Shown here: positions 1 to 10,406 of the stretch, in pieces
Numbering within the stretch: position 1 is the first letter of the stretch
How the letters are laid out: every line of letters starts with the position of its first letter
Source of the DNA: Maricurvus nonylphenolicus
GTDB taxonomy: Bacteria > Pseudomonadota > Gammaproteobacteria > Pseudomonadales > Cellvibrionaceae
Direction of reading: 5' to 3'
Assembly (NCBI RefSeq): GCF_042854845.1
Contig: NZ_AP031498.1
Location: 4,918,600-4,982,599 of the forward strand
DNA length: 64,000 nt
Position numbers and translations under genes: made by a program
Notes under the pieces: generated by a model
Databases searched by the model: none
What the model was told of the DNA's origin: nothing
What the model saw: the letters and a program-made list of their open reading frames with translations, nothing else

Positions 1-65
1 CTCATCCAGAGCAAGTGTACTGCCCTGGGTTAAGGTCTCGCGCTCAACGAAGTAGTCACGTTTCA

Positions 66-485
66 CTAGGCGGCCGCCTTAGTATTGGATGAGCACTCAC
101 AATCTTTATCGATTTGGCATAGCTTAAAATTTTGGAAGTGGCCGAAGGCAATGATACTGGAACCAACCAACGTCAAAACGCGCTCGCCCATCTCGCCAAA
201 CCAGTCGTGACCAAAGATCGCACTGATAAATAATACGCTAAGGCCTGTCCCGACAAAGAAACCCAACCGATAACGTTGATGCTGCTTACAACCCAGAAAC
301 ATAGCAAAGGCACTGACAGGGATTACCACAACCAGTAACCACAGGTGCAAGGCCTCACCGGTTAACGCAGGCAGCGCCAAGGTCGGTAAGTAGACCACCA
401 ATAAAGGCACAGCCAGACAATGAAGCGCACAGAGGAGTGACAGGCTAATAGCCGCCTTATCAGAATAGGCCTGGATCGTTTTCAT
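66..485 (-). CDS. small polytopic membrane protein, possibly MerC-like (CxxxC in TM1, Cys-rich C-terminus)
   Basis: 139-aa ORF with about 4 hydrophobic helices. Motifs LCALHCLAVP and C-terminal CQIDKDCEC resemble the MerC superfamily. Product call is tentative. Confidence 0.4.
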   Translation of the reverse strand: MKTIQAYSDKAAISLSLLCALHCLAVPLLVVYLPTLALPALTGEALHLWLLVVVIPVSAFAMFLGCKQHQRYRLGFFVGTGLSVLFISAIFGHDWFGEMGERVLTLVGSSIIAFGHFQNFKLCQIDKDCECSSNTKAAA

Positions 486-605
486 ACCGCTGGAAATGCC
501 CTGTAACAGGTTAAGACGTGGAAACGCAAGATGTTATAACATAACAGAAAGAGTGTAAAGAAACCCGCAAGTTACCGGCAATTGGCATACTTTTCATAAG
601 GTTAT

Positions 606-2144
606 CTAGCGATCTTGCCGTGTTGGCAGTCTGACGGTAAACGTAGAGCCCTTGCCAATTTCGCTCTCAACGCTGATTCGGCCATGGTGCAGCTCCACCA
701 ACCGGAAGGACAGCGGCAACCCCAAACCAGTGCTCTGGATCATCACCTCTTTATTTAGGTTGCTGTGGACATGATTGTAGGGGTCGAACAGTTTGGGGAA
801 ATCCTCTTCAGCAATGCCTATACCGGTATCGCGCACGGCAATGGATACGCTGTGTTCACTTCGCTTCACCAGAGAAATCTCAACATGGCCTCGTTCGGTA
901 TACTTAATACTGTTACTGATCAGGTTTAAAAAGACCTGCTGCATTTTTTTCTGGTCGGCCTCAATCAGCAGAGGCTCTTGCAGATGGTTGATCAGTTTCA
1001 AGCCGTGTTGCTCTACGGTTGCTTCGACATTATGGCAACAGGTGGAAACCAACAGGGATAAATCAAAGGTGGTCAAATCCAGTTCGACTTTCTCCGCTTC
1101 AATTTTAGCAATATCCAGCAGCTCGTTAATCAAGTTAAGTAGATACTGGCCATTGTTGAGTACCCGCTCCAACCCTTCTTGAGAGCGCGACGACAGTTGT
1201 TCGGCTTCTTTATCCAATACTCTGCGGGTAAAACCAATCACAGAGTTGAGCGGTGTACGCAGCTCATGGCTCATATTGGACAGAAAAACACTTTTCGCGC
1301 GGTTAGCATTATTCGCTTCTTCCAAAGCAAACTCGACCTTTTCTTTTTCCTTTATTAAGTCCTGAGTTCTTTCGGCAACCTTGTTCTCAAGATCCTGGGT
1401 AAGGTCCAGCAACTCCTTCTCCGCACGCTCTTTTTCGCTGAAGAAGTGCTCCGATGAGGTGATAAACCGGTTGATGCCTTTCGTTAAGGTTTCAATTTCG
1501 TCATCTTTGCCATATCCCTGAATAAGAATACCTTTTGGTGAGTGCGGAGAGACTTTTTGTAATTGCCGGGTAATATTGGATAAACGCCGGGTAATAAGAA
1601 TATGCACAATGCCGTAAACAATTGACATCAATAACAAGGTCCCCAGCAAACCCTGTTTGGCAATATAATTCATGCGGGTGAACAGAGGATCCAGTGAGGT
1701 TTCAATATCTACCTCAAAGATCAGCATACCGTAACTATTAGGCAGGAAACGCTCGTTGCTGAGCTTTCTTTTATAGGTTTTCGTGTGCGGTAAATTTAAG
1801 AGGCGCAAGAAAACCTGGTTCTCAGTATGGGCTTCCTCTCTCAGCGTCACTGACGACAAGATTTTTTTATCATCACTGATAATGGTTGCATGGGTAATAT
1901 AGGGAAACTTACCCAACCCCACGAGAATGTTGTTGGCGTAATCTTTATCCAAATCAAATACCGCCTGCGTGGCCGGACTGGTCAGGCTATCGGCGATTTG
2001 ATCAAGATCATCTTCCAGTTGCTCCACCGCTTGCGGCATCTGAATAAACAGCAACGCCAGCAATAACCCAAGCGTGTAGATAATGCCCGCCGACGCTAGC
2101 GCTATCGCCAAATTTAATGAGAGCTTACTGGAGTTTAAAGACAT
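606..2144 (-). CDS. sensor histidine kinase (two TM helices, periplasmic sensor domain, HisKA + HATPase_c)
   Basis: H-box SHELRTPLNSVIGF. Downstream region carries N, G1 (DTGIGI) and G2 (GLGL) box-like motifs. TM1 is N-terminal and TM2 is near residue 160. Confidence 0.85.
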   Translation of the reverse strand: MSLNSSKLSLNLAIALASAGIIYTLGLLLALLFIQMPQAVEQLEDDLDQIADSLTSPATQAVFDLDKDYANNILVGLGKFPYITHATIISDDKKILSSVTLREEAHTENQVFLRLLNLPHTKTYKRKLSNERFLPNSYGMLIFEVDIETSLDPLFTRMNYIAKQGLLGTLLLMSIVYGIVHILITRRLSNITRQLQKVSPHSPKGILIQGYGKDDEIETLTKGINRFITSSEHFFSEKERAEKELLDLTQDLENKVAERTQDLIKEKEKVEFALEEANNANRAKSVFLSNMSHELRTPLNSVIGFTRRVLDKEAEQLSSRSQEGLERVLNNGQYLLNLINELLDIAKIEAEKVELDLTTFDLSLLVSTCCHNVEATVEQHGLKLINHLQEPLLIEADQKKMQQVFLNLISNSIKYTERGHVEISLVKRSEHSVSIAVRDTGIGIAEEDFPKLFDPYNHVHSNLNKEVMIQSTGLGLPLSFRLVELHHGRISVESEIGKGSTFTVRLPTRQDR

Positions 2145-3021
2145 AGTGACGAATCGCCGCTTCGGATTCAGGAGTCATATTATAGGCTGGCAAATCAATC
2201 CGCTGCCGCTGTTGCAAATTGGCCTGCGCCAAAGCCGTCGCCACGGCACTGTTGGCTTCGAGTAACGTTTGCAATTTGCCCGTGCGATACAGAGCTTGCA
2301 TGCCCTCTGTTAACGCCTGATGAATTTCTGGGTATTTAGGGCTAACAAATATATAAATGGCGAAGGGATAGTAAACCAGTAATGCCTTATCCACAGCCAG
2401 GTTAGGGAATTGCTGGCTAAAAATGCGGTGCTCTTCATAGGCTTCGAACAAGCCACGGGAATATAAATCAAATCGGCCTTTGGCCGCCATACCAAAAAGA
2501 TTCTTGTAGGAACTTTCAATAACGTTAAAGCCCGCATTGCGCCAGATATCAATATCTGACCAGGCGGTCCCCTGCCCGATGCTGTATTGCTGCAACATCT
2601 TGAGATTACGCACCCCATTCAGCTCAGCCTGCAGCTCCGAGCGCATCAATATCAAGCGGTAACCACTGCCCAGCCCCAGGTAAATCGGCACTCGTACCGG
2701 CAAAAAGCGCTCTTCAAACGTCTTACTGGTGCCCTGAATAGCCACATTAAAGCGCTTGCCTTCATCCAGATAACTCATGCGCCGCGCTTGGTTCATAAGG
2801 TCTTCATAGATGCTGAAGGTATAGTCAACGCCACTGGCCTCCAGGGCCTGCCTCATCATCTCAATACGGTATTGGCCCAGGGCATCGCCTTTTTTGGTGC
2901 TGTCCATACCGAACACCACAGCCAGAGGCTGTGCAGCCCCAACGCCCCCGCAAAACAACAGGCAAAGCCATAGAGGAGTAAAAAAACGCTTAATAAACAT
3001 AGTGTTACAGGAAACCATCAT
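2125..3021 (-). CDS. periplasmic solute-binding-like protein (family 3 SBP fold), translationally coupled to the histidine kinase
   Basis: Signal peptide (FFTPLWLCLLFCGGVGAA). Its 20-bp overlap with the kinase start suggests an accessory sensing protein. Confidence 0.55.
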   Translation of the reverse strand: MMVSCNTMFIKRFFTPLWLCLLFCGGVGAAQPLAVVFGMDSTKKGDALGQYRIEMMRQALEASGVDYTFSIYEDLMNQARRMSYLDEGKRFNVAIQGTSKTFEERFLPVRVPIYLGLGSGYRLILMRSELQAELNGVRNLKMLQQYSIGQGTAWSDIDIWRNAGFNVIESSYKNLFGMAAKGRFDLYSRGLFEAYEEHRIFSQQFPNLAVDKALLVYYPFAIYIFVSPKYPEIHQALTEGMQALYRTGKLQTLLEANSAVATALAQANLQQRQRIDLPAYNMTPESEAAIRHYVFKLQ

Positions 3022-3217
3022 TGCTAGATAGCTTAGCAGACTTGGACAGCTTTGGGAGCGGGCTTAGGCGCAGATTTAGCGGCAGAAAAATAAGCCCAGA
3101 GCGCTTTATAGGGACAGGCATGTAAACCGCCAGAACGGCGGTAGAGGGGGATAACGATATTTATATACCGCGCCAATCACAACTTTCGATCAACGCGGTT
3201 TGTATGCAGGTAAAGAA

Positions 3218-3766
3218 TTACTCGCCAATAACAATAACGTTATCGCAAGATTCACCTTTTAACTCACACAATGCTCGGTAAACTTTCAGAATCGTTCGAG
3301 CATCAACCATGCTGGTCACATCACCATTCTCATCAACATTAACATTACTGCCAAATACAGCAAACCAGGCTACAGCGTCTTCTTTTGCGTCTTCAGCAAC
3401 CGTCAAGGTGTGCAGGGAGTGAGCCGGCTCAAACAGATAGGAACCGGCTTTGTTAATTTTGTCCGGGTATTCCTTATAAAACCACTCACCGGATTGCGTC
3501 ACCGCAAATACAGGCCCGGTATGGTAATGGGTATCAATACAGAAACCCGGCTTAAAGCGATTTCTTACCACCCATAAGTTCTGGTTGATATCCACATGCA
3601 GCAGCTGTAACTGCGAGCCATCGGGCAGGTCTACCCAGGGGAGATCTTCTTCCAACAATAAAATAGCTTCAGTAGCGTGGTCTTTGGATACCACACCGCC
3701 AGATTGCATGCTGGCCAATAATTCCAGTATAGGTGTTTGATTGTCGGTCATGGCTATATCTCCCAT
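3218..3766 (-). CDS. cupin-fold dioxygenase, 2,4'-dihydroxyacetophenone dioxygenase (DAD)-like, paralog 1
   Basis: 182 aa. Conserved block GFCIDTHYHTGPVFAVTQSGEWFYKEY...YLFEPAHSLHTL with His ligands typical of the DAD cupin family. About 80% identical to the ORF at 10407-10943. Confidence 0.6.
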   Translation of the reverse strand: MGDIAMTDNQTPILELLASMQSGGVVSKDHATEAILLLEEDLPWVDLPDGSQLQLLHVDINQNLWVVRNRFKPGFCIDTHYHTGPVFAVTQSGEWFYKEYPDKINKAGSYLFEPAHSLHTLTVAEDAKEDAVAWFAVFGSNVNVDENGDVTSMVDARTILKVYRALCELKGESCDNVIVIGE

Positions 3767-3976
3767 ATGTATACCTTATGTTGTAGAGATTCTTAGCCAA
3801 ACCCAGACGGTAATCCATGACCGCCGAGGTCATAGTAATGAGGTATGTCGATGCCCTATGCTTGAACCCTGCCAATATTTAATTAGCTAACCGATTGTTT
3901 CTCTGGAAGAGAAAATCACCAACTCTCTCTTGTCGGGATAGGATTAACGTAGATTGATACTTTGATCATTGCCGAT

Positions 3977-3999
3977 CCCTTTGCAGTCACTGCAAAGGG
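3977..3999. promoter_or_regulatory. perfect 23-bp palindrome CCCTTTGCAGTCACTGCAAAGGG in the divergent cupin/MBL promoter region
   Basis: Two 11-bp arms around a central C. Lies between the 3766 (-) and 4067 (+) starts. Candidate operator. Confidence 0.3.
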
Positions 4000-4066
4000 A
4001 GCTTTTCTTGGTTATAAGGGACCATTATCCAGAGCATAGAAAAGCTGCTAGCATTACCCTGAGTAA

Positions 4067-4843
4067 GTGCTTTTAGAAGATGATGTAATCAGTACCATGA
4101 AGATCCACCAAGTCAAAACCCGCCTGGTTAACAGCTATATTGTCGAATACCCGGATCGCCTGCTGGTGGTGGATGTAGCCATTAAGTGCCACCGCTATGT
4201 ACTGGGTTTTATTGAGCAACACTTAAACCGCCCGATTAGCGATGTCGACCTGGTGATCTGCACCCACGATGATGCGGACCATATGGGTGGCATTGCCGCA
4301 CTGGCCAAACTCTGCGGCGCCGACGTTGCCCTGCCCCATGCCTCCGGCAGGGGTCATCACAAGCTGGCCAACAACCCAACCGGTTTTTTAACCCGTTTTC
4401 GTACCAGCTTCCGCGAAAGCTTTCGGGCCCGAGCCTGGGATATGTATTTCAATAAAGATCGCTCCCGCGCGGCCGCCAAACAGCCCAAGCTGGAGAAAAC
4501 CGCTGAAGATTCCAGCGCAAACACCAAGCTTGCAGCCGATTACCGCCTTATCGGTGGTCAATCTCTACCGGGGTTTGATGAATGGCAGGTACTGCACACA
4601 CCCGGCCATACCTGGGATAGCTGCTGTTACTTCCACCCGCACAGCAATAGCCTGATTACCGGGGATACCTTGTTGGGCAGCGGTAAGATCAACCGTTTGG
4701 TTGTACCGTCAATCTATTCCAGCCGCCGCCAGACACTGCGCACCCTCAACAAACTGTCCAAGCTGGAGATCAATACCGTCTATCCCGGCCATGGCAGTAT
4801 TATCTCTGGCTCAGGGCTGATAGGTCGTCATAACATGCCCTGA
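4067..4843 (+). CDS. MBL-fold metallo-hydrolase
   Basis: THDDADHMGG (HxHxDH zinc motif), with downstream His and Asp ligands (HTPGHT, GDTL). True start is probably the internal MKIHQV. Confidence 0.75.
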   Translation: MLLEDDVISTMKIHQVKTRLVNSYIVEYPDRLLVVDVAIKCHRYVLGFIEQHLNRPISDVDLVICTHDDADHMGGIAALAKLCGADVALPHASGRGHHKLANNPTGFLTRFRTSFRESFRARAWDMYFNKDRSRAAAKQPKLEKTAEDSSANTKLAADYRLIGGQSLPGFDEWQVLHTPGHTWDSCCYFHPHSNSLITGDTLLGSGKINRLVVPSIYSSRRQTLRTLNKLSKLEINTVYPGHGSIISGSGLIGRHNMP

Positions 4844-4998
4844 TTAGGCAAACGTAACATTCTTAACAGTGTTTCCGCCGCCACTCTCTACACTGCTATA
4901 GCTGGAGAGAAACGTTAATTAGAAGCGAATAAAAATTCGCCAAACACCGTTTCAATCAACTATTTGCAAGCACTAACCTCAGTGCCAGAGAGAGACCA

Positions 4999-6225
4999 AT
5001 GAGACAAACCCAAGCCACCCTGGCGGAGAAACTCCGCTTTAAAGTCCATGGTATAGAGCTTAAAGCCATGGGTCAGTTTATGAAGCTGATGAAAATGCGC
5101 GATACCGACGTTTTTGTCGGTAGCAACGCCGTTGCTTCACTGGCTGATAAAATTGCCCAAGCCAAGCGCCAAAAGGTTTTAATCGTTACCACGGCCGGTG
5201 CGGTTAAACGTGGACAAATTCAATCTTTGATTGATGCCCTTACCGCCAAAGATATTGGTAGCGCGGTTTACGACGGCATTATTCCCGACCCCACCTACGA
5301 AACCGTAAGACAGGGGTTAAAAGCACAGCAACAGCACAGCTGTGATTGCGTGGTTGCCTTTGGCGGTGGTTCAGCCATGGACGCCGCTAAAGCCATTGTG
5401 ATTGCCGCCACCAATGAAAAACCGGTAGAAAAACTGATTGGCATTCGTAAAGGCAAAAATAAACCCTTACCACTGTATGCCGTGCCCACGACATCGGGAA
5501 CTGCTTCAGAAGTTACGCCTGCGGCCGTGATCTCGGAAGACCATACCCATACCAAACGTTTTATTATCGACAGCCGCACCATTGCCCACGCTGCTGCACT
5601 TGATCCAACCCTTAGTGCTTCACTACCTGCAAGCATTACCGCGGAAACAGGTATGGATGCATTAACCCATGCGATCGAAGCTTATCTCAGCAAACTGGGG
5701 ACTGCCGAAACCGATGCCCACGCACTGGATGCGATCACGACTATTTTTAAACACTTGCCGATCGTTGTAGAAGATGGCGGCAACCTGGAATCCCGCGAAG
5801 CCATGGCCAAAGCATCGCTGATTGCGGGTAAAGCATTCCGCAAAGCGCCGCTGGGTTATGTGCATGCAATTTCGCATCAGCTGGGTGCAATTTATGGCAC
5901 GCCTCACGGTTTAGGCAATGCCATATTGTTGCCGCTGGTGGTGGAATATTCCAAAGATGCCATAACTGAAAAACTGGCAGAGTTGGCCAAGGCATTAAAT
6001 CTTAGCAGCGCCAATCAAAGCGAAGAGGTGTTGGCAAATCTGGTTGTGGATGCGTTAAAAGAACTTAATCAACGTATTCATATTCCGGCCAAAGCAGAAG
6101 CCTTAAAGGCTGAAGACTTACCCACAATCGCCAAACGCGCCTATGCAGAGGCTCTGGATATCCATGCGGCACCAAAATATATGGGCAAAAAGGATATCGT
6201 TAGCCTACTGGAAAAACTGTTATAA
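4999..6225 (+). CDS. iron-containing (group III) alcohol dehydrogenase
   Basis: GGGSAMDAAKA NAD-binding motif plus a His-rich metal site (HAISHQLG, YGTPHG). Confidence 0.85.
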   Translation: MRQTQATLAEKLRFKVHGIELKAMGQFMKLMKMRDTDVFVGSNAVASLADKIAQAKRQKVLIVTTAGAVKRGQIQSLIDALTAKDIGSAVYDGIIPDPTYETVRQGLKAQQQHSCDCVVAFGGGSAMDAAKAIVIAATNEKPVEKLIGIRKGKNKPLPLYAVPTTSGTASEVTPAAVISEDHTHTKRFIIDSRTIAHAAALDPTLSASLPASITAETGMDALTHAIEAYLSKLGTAETDAHALDAITTIFKHLPIVVEDGGNLESREAMAKASLIAGKAFRKAPLGYVHAISHQLGAIYGTPHGLGNAILLPLVVEYSKDAITEKLAELAKALNLSSANQSEEVLANLVVDALKELNQRIHIPAKAEALKAEDLPTIAKRAYAEALDIHAAPKYMGKKDIVSLLEKLL

Positions 6226-6275
6226 ACCGTTAATAAATAGCCAGCCGATGTGACACAGGCTGGCTATTTATATTT

Positions 6276-7841
6276 TTACAGTTCCCTGCGGGTCATACGT
6301 TCTGCGATATGTTCTGCCTGCCGAATTGCCAGGGCGACAATGGTTAACGTCGGATTAGCCGCGGCACTGGTGGAGAACAAACTGCCATCAGAGACAAACA
6401 GGTTGGGGATTTCATGCACTTGCCCCCAGCGATTGGTCACACCGTCTTTAGGTTTAGCACTCATGCGTGCTACCCCCATATTGTGACTGCCTGCACCTTC
6501 ACCGGTTGATGACCAGAATTTCTTCGCCCCCACTGCTTCCAAAATCCGTTTCATTTGTCGATTGCCATGGCGCTGCATAGCAATACTGTTATCGTGCAGA
6601 TTATATTTCACCATCGGTATAGGCACGCCGAACTGATCTTTTTCCGTTGCATGCAATTCAATGGCATTAGACAATTGTGGTGGATCCTCACCGCTGATAT
6701 TCAGGCCCGCGAGATATTTATAATTCTCCATCATCTCGGCGGCTTCCTCGCCCCAGGGTGCAGCTATGCCCTTGCCTATACTTCTGAGTGTGACCGGATC
6801 ACTGGCAATGGGCTCGATATAATAACCACCGGCAAAACCTCGGCTGGCATCATGATGTAGTTCATCTTCAATATGGCCGGTTTGGCGTGCGCCGCGGTGA
6901 AAGTTAACTTCGCCGGGCATCACCCCCATAGCAAACGTCATCACATGACGCATATAGTTGCGCCCCAAATGTCCGGAGTGATTACCCAAGCCCTGAGGAA
7001 ACAGAGCAGAAGCGGAATGCTGCAATAAACGCGCTGTCTCAACTGCATTTCCCGCTACGGCTACGGCTCTGGCTTTTTGCTCCTGAATATTACCCTCAGC
7101 ATCGGCATAAATAACACCAGTCACTTTACCCGCGTTGTTATGCAATACCTGCAAAACTCTACAGCCAGCTCGCAGTTCAAAATTGCCCGTCGCCTGAGCC
7201 TTGGGGATTTCTGTATACAGGGTTGACCACTTTGCGCCTATTTTGCAGCCCGAAAAACAAAAGCCGATTTGCATACAGGGAGGGCGGCCATCCCGCGGAG
7301 CGGAATTGATAGCCATACCTTGGTGGGTGATATGCGTGTAACCAATCTTACGCGCACCTGCAGCCATAACCTTGTAATTACTGTGCGGAAAAGAAGCTGG
7401 TTGGCCATTAGTACCACTGACACTCATTTTGTCTTCGGCCCGCGCGTAGTATGGCTCAAGCTCCTGCAAATTTATGGGCCAATCAATCAATGAGGTGCCT
7501 TCCAGCTCTCCATAGGTGGTACGCGCCCGGAATTCATGCTCAGCAAAACGCGCAGCAATACCCGACCAGCGCATGGTTGTGCCGCCCACCGTTTTGCAAT
7601 TCCAGGTGCTTGATCCTAAACGCTTATCAAGCCAACCCATACGCTGGTTCATTAATACAGGATCATTTTCAACATCGGCCAGGCTCATATGATTACCCGC
7701 CTCCAGGCAGACTACACGGATACCCTTTTGCGCCAACTCGTTTGACAGGGTACCGCCACCAGCGCCAGAACCAATAACCACAACAACGCTGTCATCTGCT
7801 AAATCGAATTGTTTATTTTCCATCATGCACGCTCCAACCAA
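6276..7841 (-). CDS. GMC-family FAD oxidoreductase (large flavoprotein subunit)
   Basis: N-terminal VVVIGSGAGGGTLSNELAQKGIRVVCLEAG Rossmann/FAD motif. C-terminal GMC signature region (HxxG.aRM). Confidence 0.85.
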   Translation of the reverse strand: MVGACMMENKQFDLADDSVVVVIGSGAGGGTLSNELAQKGIRVVCLEAGNHMSLADVENDPVLMNQRMGWLDKRLGSSTWNCKTVGGTTMRWSGIAARFAEHEFRARTTYGELEGTSLIDWPINLQELEPYYARAEDKMSVSGTNGQPASFPHSNYKVMAAGARKIGYTHITHQGMAINSAPRDGRPPCMQIGFCFSGCKIGAKWSTLYTEIPKAQATGNFELRAGCRVLQVLHNNAGKVTGVIYADAEGNIQEQKARAVAVAGNAVETARLLQHSASALFPQGLGNHSGHLGRNYMRHVMTFAMGVMPGEVNFHRGARQTGHIEDELHHDASRGFAGGYYIEPIASDPVTLRSIGKGIAAPWGEEAAEMMENYKYLAGLNISGEDPPQLSNAIELHATEKDQFGVPIPMVKYNLHDNSIAMQRHGNRQMKRILEAVGAKKFWSSTGEGAGSHNMGVARMSAKPKDGVTNRWGQVHEIPNLFVSDGSLFSTSAAANPTLTIVALAIRQAEHIAERMTRREL

Positions 7842-8347
7842 TCAATAACCCCGGCCCCACGATGCAGGTAACCGCCGTGCATATACGAGGGCCCCTCATA
7901 ACCTATCAGGTTCCATACGGCTGGATGCATATAAAGTGCAACGGTGACTGCGCTAAGGATGGCGCCGAAGAAGGCTTCACCCTGCACGCTTTGCAACGCC
8001 GCTATTTGCGCTTGCTCATCCAATGCCAGGAAAGGTTTATCCTGCATAGCATCAAGCTGTATTTGCGCATGGGTCACTAGCTGTGAGAATTGGGCAGAAT
8101 CTGCCACGTAGGCTAAAGCATGATTCAGTGCTTGATGATAAACATCATCCGGTAAACTGTCGTGCGGGTATAGCAAGCGCGCCACCTTGACGAGCGTTGC
8201 GTTATCAGCGGGACTGGCAGCGCCACCTGCCGCCCAGGCCTGGCTAGATTGCAGAACGGCAGGCGTAAGCGTTCCAGCGGCGGCCACTCCGGTAAACGTT
8301 AGAGCACTCACCAAAAAGCGGCGCCGATTAAAATCTGTATGATTCAT
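7823..8347 (-). CDS. small Tat-exported subunit, gluconate 2-dehydrogenase subunit-3-like, partner of the GMC oxidoreductase
   Basis: Twin-arginine signal NRRRFLVSALTFTGVAAAG. Its 19-bp overlap with the GMC gene start indicates coupled translation. Confidence 0.6.
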   Translation of the reverse strand: MNHTDFNRRRFLVSALTFTGVAAAGTLTPAVLQSSQAWAAGGAASPADNATLVKVARLLYPHDSLPDDVYHQALNHALAYVADSAQFSQLVTHAQIQLDAMQDKPFLALDEQAQIAALQSVQGEAFFGAILSAVTVALYMHPAVWNLIGYEGPSYMHGGYLHRGAGVIDWLERA

Positions 8348-8561
8348 ACATTTTTATCCCTTTATGAATCGCTGCTTCACCATGTTCTTTTTTAATGTGG
8401 TGAACTCGCGATATCAGATAAATAGCGGTTACATGCCGCTGTGATGGCTATCACTCTGAAGTAATATCAGATTTATCAAACGGGTCGATAAAAATGCTGG
8501 CTTATTTATCCCCAGCTAAACGCATGAGGCATAACAAGCCTTGCTTGGTACAACATATGAA

Positions 8562-10391
8562 TTACGCGTTTGTGCGACGAATTTTCTCCAGGTTTTTTAC
8601 ACCGCGTTTGGCCATAAGCTGATAGACACGAGAACTCACATCAGGACTTATACCTAACAAACGCACAAAGAAACCTTTAACTTTCGGTACCGCAACCTGA
8701 ATAGGCTGCTTGTGCCACACTTCTCCTAACACCACTGCCGCAACTTCTTCAGTCGTTAAGGGTCGCGAGCCGCTAAACACCAAGCGAGAATGATCACCAA
8801 AACCAACCTGATGATCTAGCATAGGCGTGGCGATTAAATCCGGACATACGCAGGACACCTTGATAGGTGAGCCCGCCATATTTAAATCCAGGGCCAAGCC
8901 ATTGGAAAAACTTCGAATCGCAGCCTTGGAGGCCGCATAACCCACAACACCAGGAACAGGGCCAAATCCTGCGTAGGATGCAATATTAATAATATGACCG
9001 CGTTGCAACTTTTCGAAATGTGGCAGTAAGGTGTCACAACCGTTGACACTGCCCATAACATTAACATCTATCTGCAAGCCAACTTCGCGGGCGGTATTTT
9101 CAAAGCTGTAGCCAGGACGAATAATGCCCGCCACATTGAGTAGATGAGAAAAGCTAACGCCCTGTTCATCATATTTTTTGAACAGCTGCTGCCAGGCATC
9201 AAGATCCGTAACGTTTAACACTTCCAGCTGTACACGGTCCAGATCCCAAGCTTCGTCTTTGGCGGCATTATCCAAACCATCCTGGGTCAAATCCGTTGCC
9301 AATACGCGATGACCTTTTTGCAATAACTGTCCGGTCAGATAGCGCCCCAAACCGCTGGCACTACCCGTAACCCACACCCAGTCTGCTTCGCTTTGGGCTA
9401 TGTGATTGTAGTGGTCCGCCAGTTCTTGCATGGCCTGTTCGAATGACACCACCGGCTGATAACCCAATTGCGCCTTTGCTTTATCAATACAAAATTCATT
9501 GGCACCACCGACCAGGCGATAGGACTGGGTGGTAACCGCTGGGCGCTCTTCCTGTTTACGCCAGCGACCGATAGTTTCCAATACCGGAGCGGCTAGCTTG
9601 GCAACCATATTGGGAATGGATTTAGGTGCAGGCGCACCCGCTACGATACTGAGACGCTCAAGGTAGGTTTTCCAGGTAACACCAAAGCCATCGGCGGCGT
9701 TATAGATCTCACACTTTTGTTCTTGTGCTCGAGCGGCCGCCAACATCAACGCCACCAAATTGTTTACATGGCACAGACCCGCATCCCATTCACCGGAACC
9801 CATCAGGCAAGGTTTACCCTGCTGCATCATCTCCAGCATCATATTAACCCAAGGGCCACTGCCAACACCGAAAACATTACCCGGGCGGACAATGGTGGCT
9901 TTAAGCTGCTGTTGTTTCACCGCCTCTAAGGTGACTCGCTCCTGCTCTTGCTTACAAAAGTCATAAGGAGAAGAGACAGTACCCACAGGCATGTCTTCCG
10001 TCAGCTTGCCTTTGGCTAACGCCGAACCATAGGCACATACACTGGTGGTCACAATAAACGCGGCGTCCATTTGCAACGCCAACGCAATAGCCTGCTCGGT
10101 ACCGGCGACAGTAATGTCCACATGGTGCTGCATAGCGCCCCAATCACTGACCACAGCAGCCAAGTGGAAAATGGTATCCACCTGACCTATGTCGTCGGCC
10201 AGATCAACGAGCTTGCGCACATCGCCAATCACGATACTGACCCGATCGCCCCACTCTTCCGGTACCGGCTCATTGGGTACCATCAAGGCAACAACCTCTA
10301 CCTGTTGCGCTAATAATTCCCGCACCAGATGACGGCCGATAAAACCACCGGCCCCGGTTACAAATGCAGACTTCAGATCAGCCATGGGCAC
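8562..10391 (-). CDS. didomain oxidoreductase: N-terminal NAD-dependent epimerase/3-beta-HSD-like domain fused to a C-terminal classical SDR domain
   Basis: Two separate Rossmann motifs: VTGAGGFIGRHL near residue 12 and VTGSASGLGRYL near residue 342. SDR catalytic YxxxK (YAASK) lies in the C-terminal half. Confidence 0.7.
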   Translation of the reverse strand: MPMADLKSAFVTGAGGFIGRHLVRELLAQQVEVVALMVPNEPVPEEWGDRVSIVIGDVRKLVDLADDIGQVDTIFHLAAVVSDWGAMQHHVDITVAGTEQAIALALQMDAAFIVTTSVCAYGSALAKGKLTEDMPVGTVSSPYDFCKQEQERVTLEAVKQQQLKATIVRPGNVFGVGSGPWVNMMLEMMQQGKPCLMGSGEWDAGLCHVNNLVALMLAAARAQEQKCEIYNAADGFGVTWKTYLERLSIVAGAPAPKSIPNMVAKLAAPVLETIGRWRKQEERPAVTTQSYRLVGGANEFCIDKAKAQLGYQPVVSFEQAMQELADHYNHIAQSEADWVWVTGSASGLGRYLTGQLLQKGHRVLATDLTQDGLDNAAKDEAWDLDRVQLEVLNVTDLDAWQQLFKKYDEQGVSFSHLLNVAGIIRPGYSFENTAREVGLQIDVNVMGSVNGCDTLLPHFEKLQRGHIINIASYAGFGPVPGVVGYAASKAAIRSFSNGLALDLNMAGSPIKVSCVCPDLIATPMLDHQVGFGDHSRLVFSGSRPLTTEEVAAVVLGEVWHKQPIQVAVPKVKGFFVRLLGISPDVSSRVYQLMAKRGVKNLEKIRRTNA

Positions 10392-10406
10392 TCTCCCAGT
10401 TTTCTA

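Noticed and set aside
1-65. Possible partial minus-strand ORF at the extreme 5' end of the window
   Set aside because: Only about 20 codons are visible, with no diagnostic motif. It cannot be supported from this window.
793-1182. Many short ORFs from the six-frame track nested in or antisense to large genes (e.g. 793-1182, 2310-2618, 2587-2973, 5295-5636, 17282-18114, 26636-26881, 54193-54639)
   Set aside because: They lie wholly inside strongly supported genes on the opposite strand or another frame, have no recognisable motifs, and are best explained as chance ORFs.
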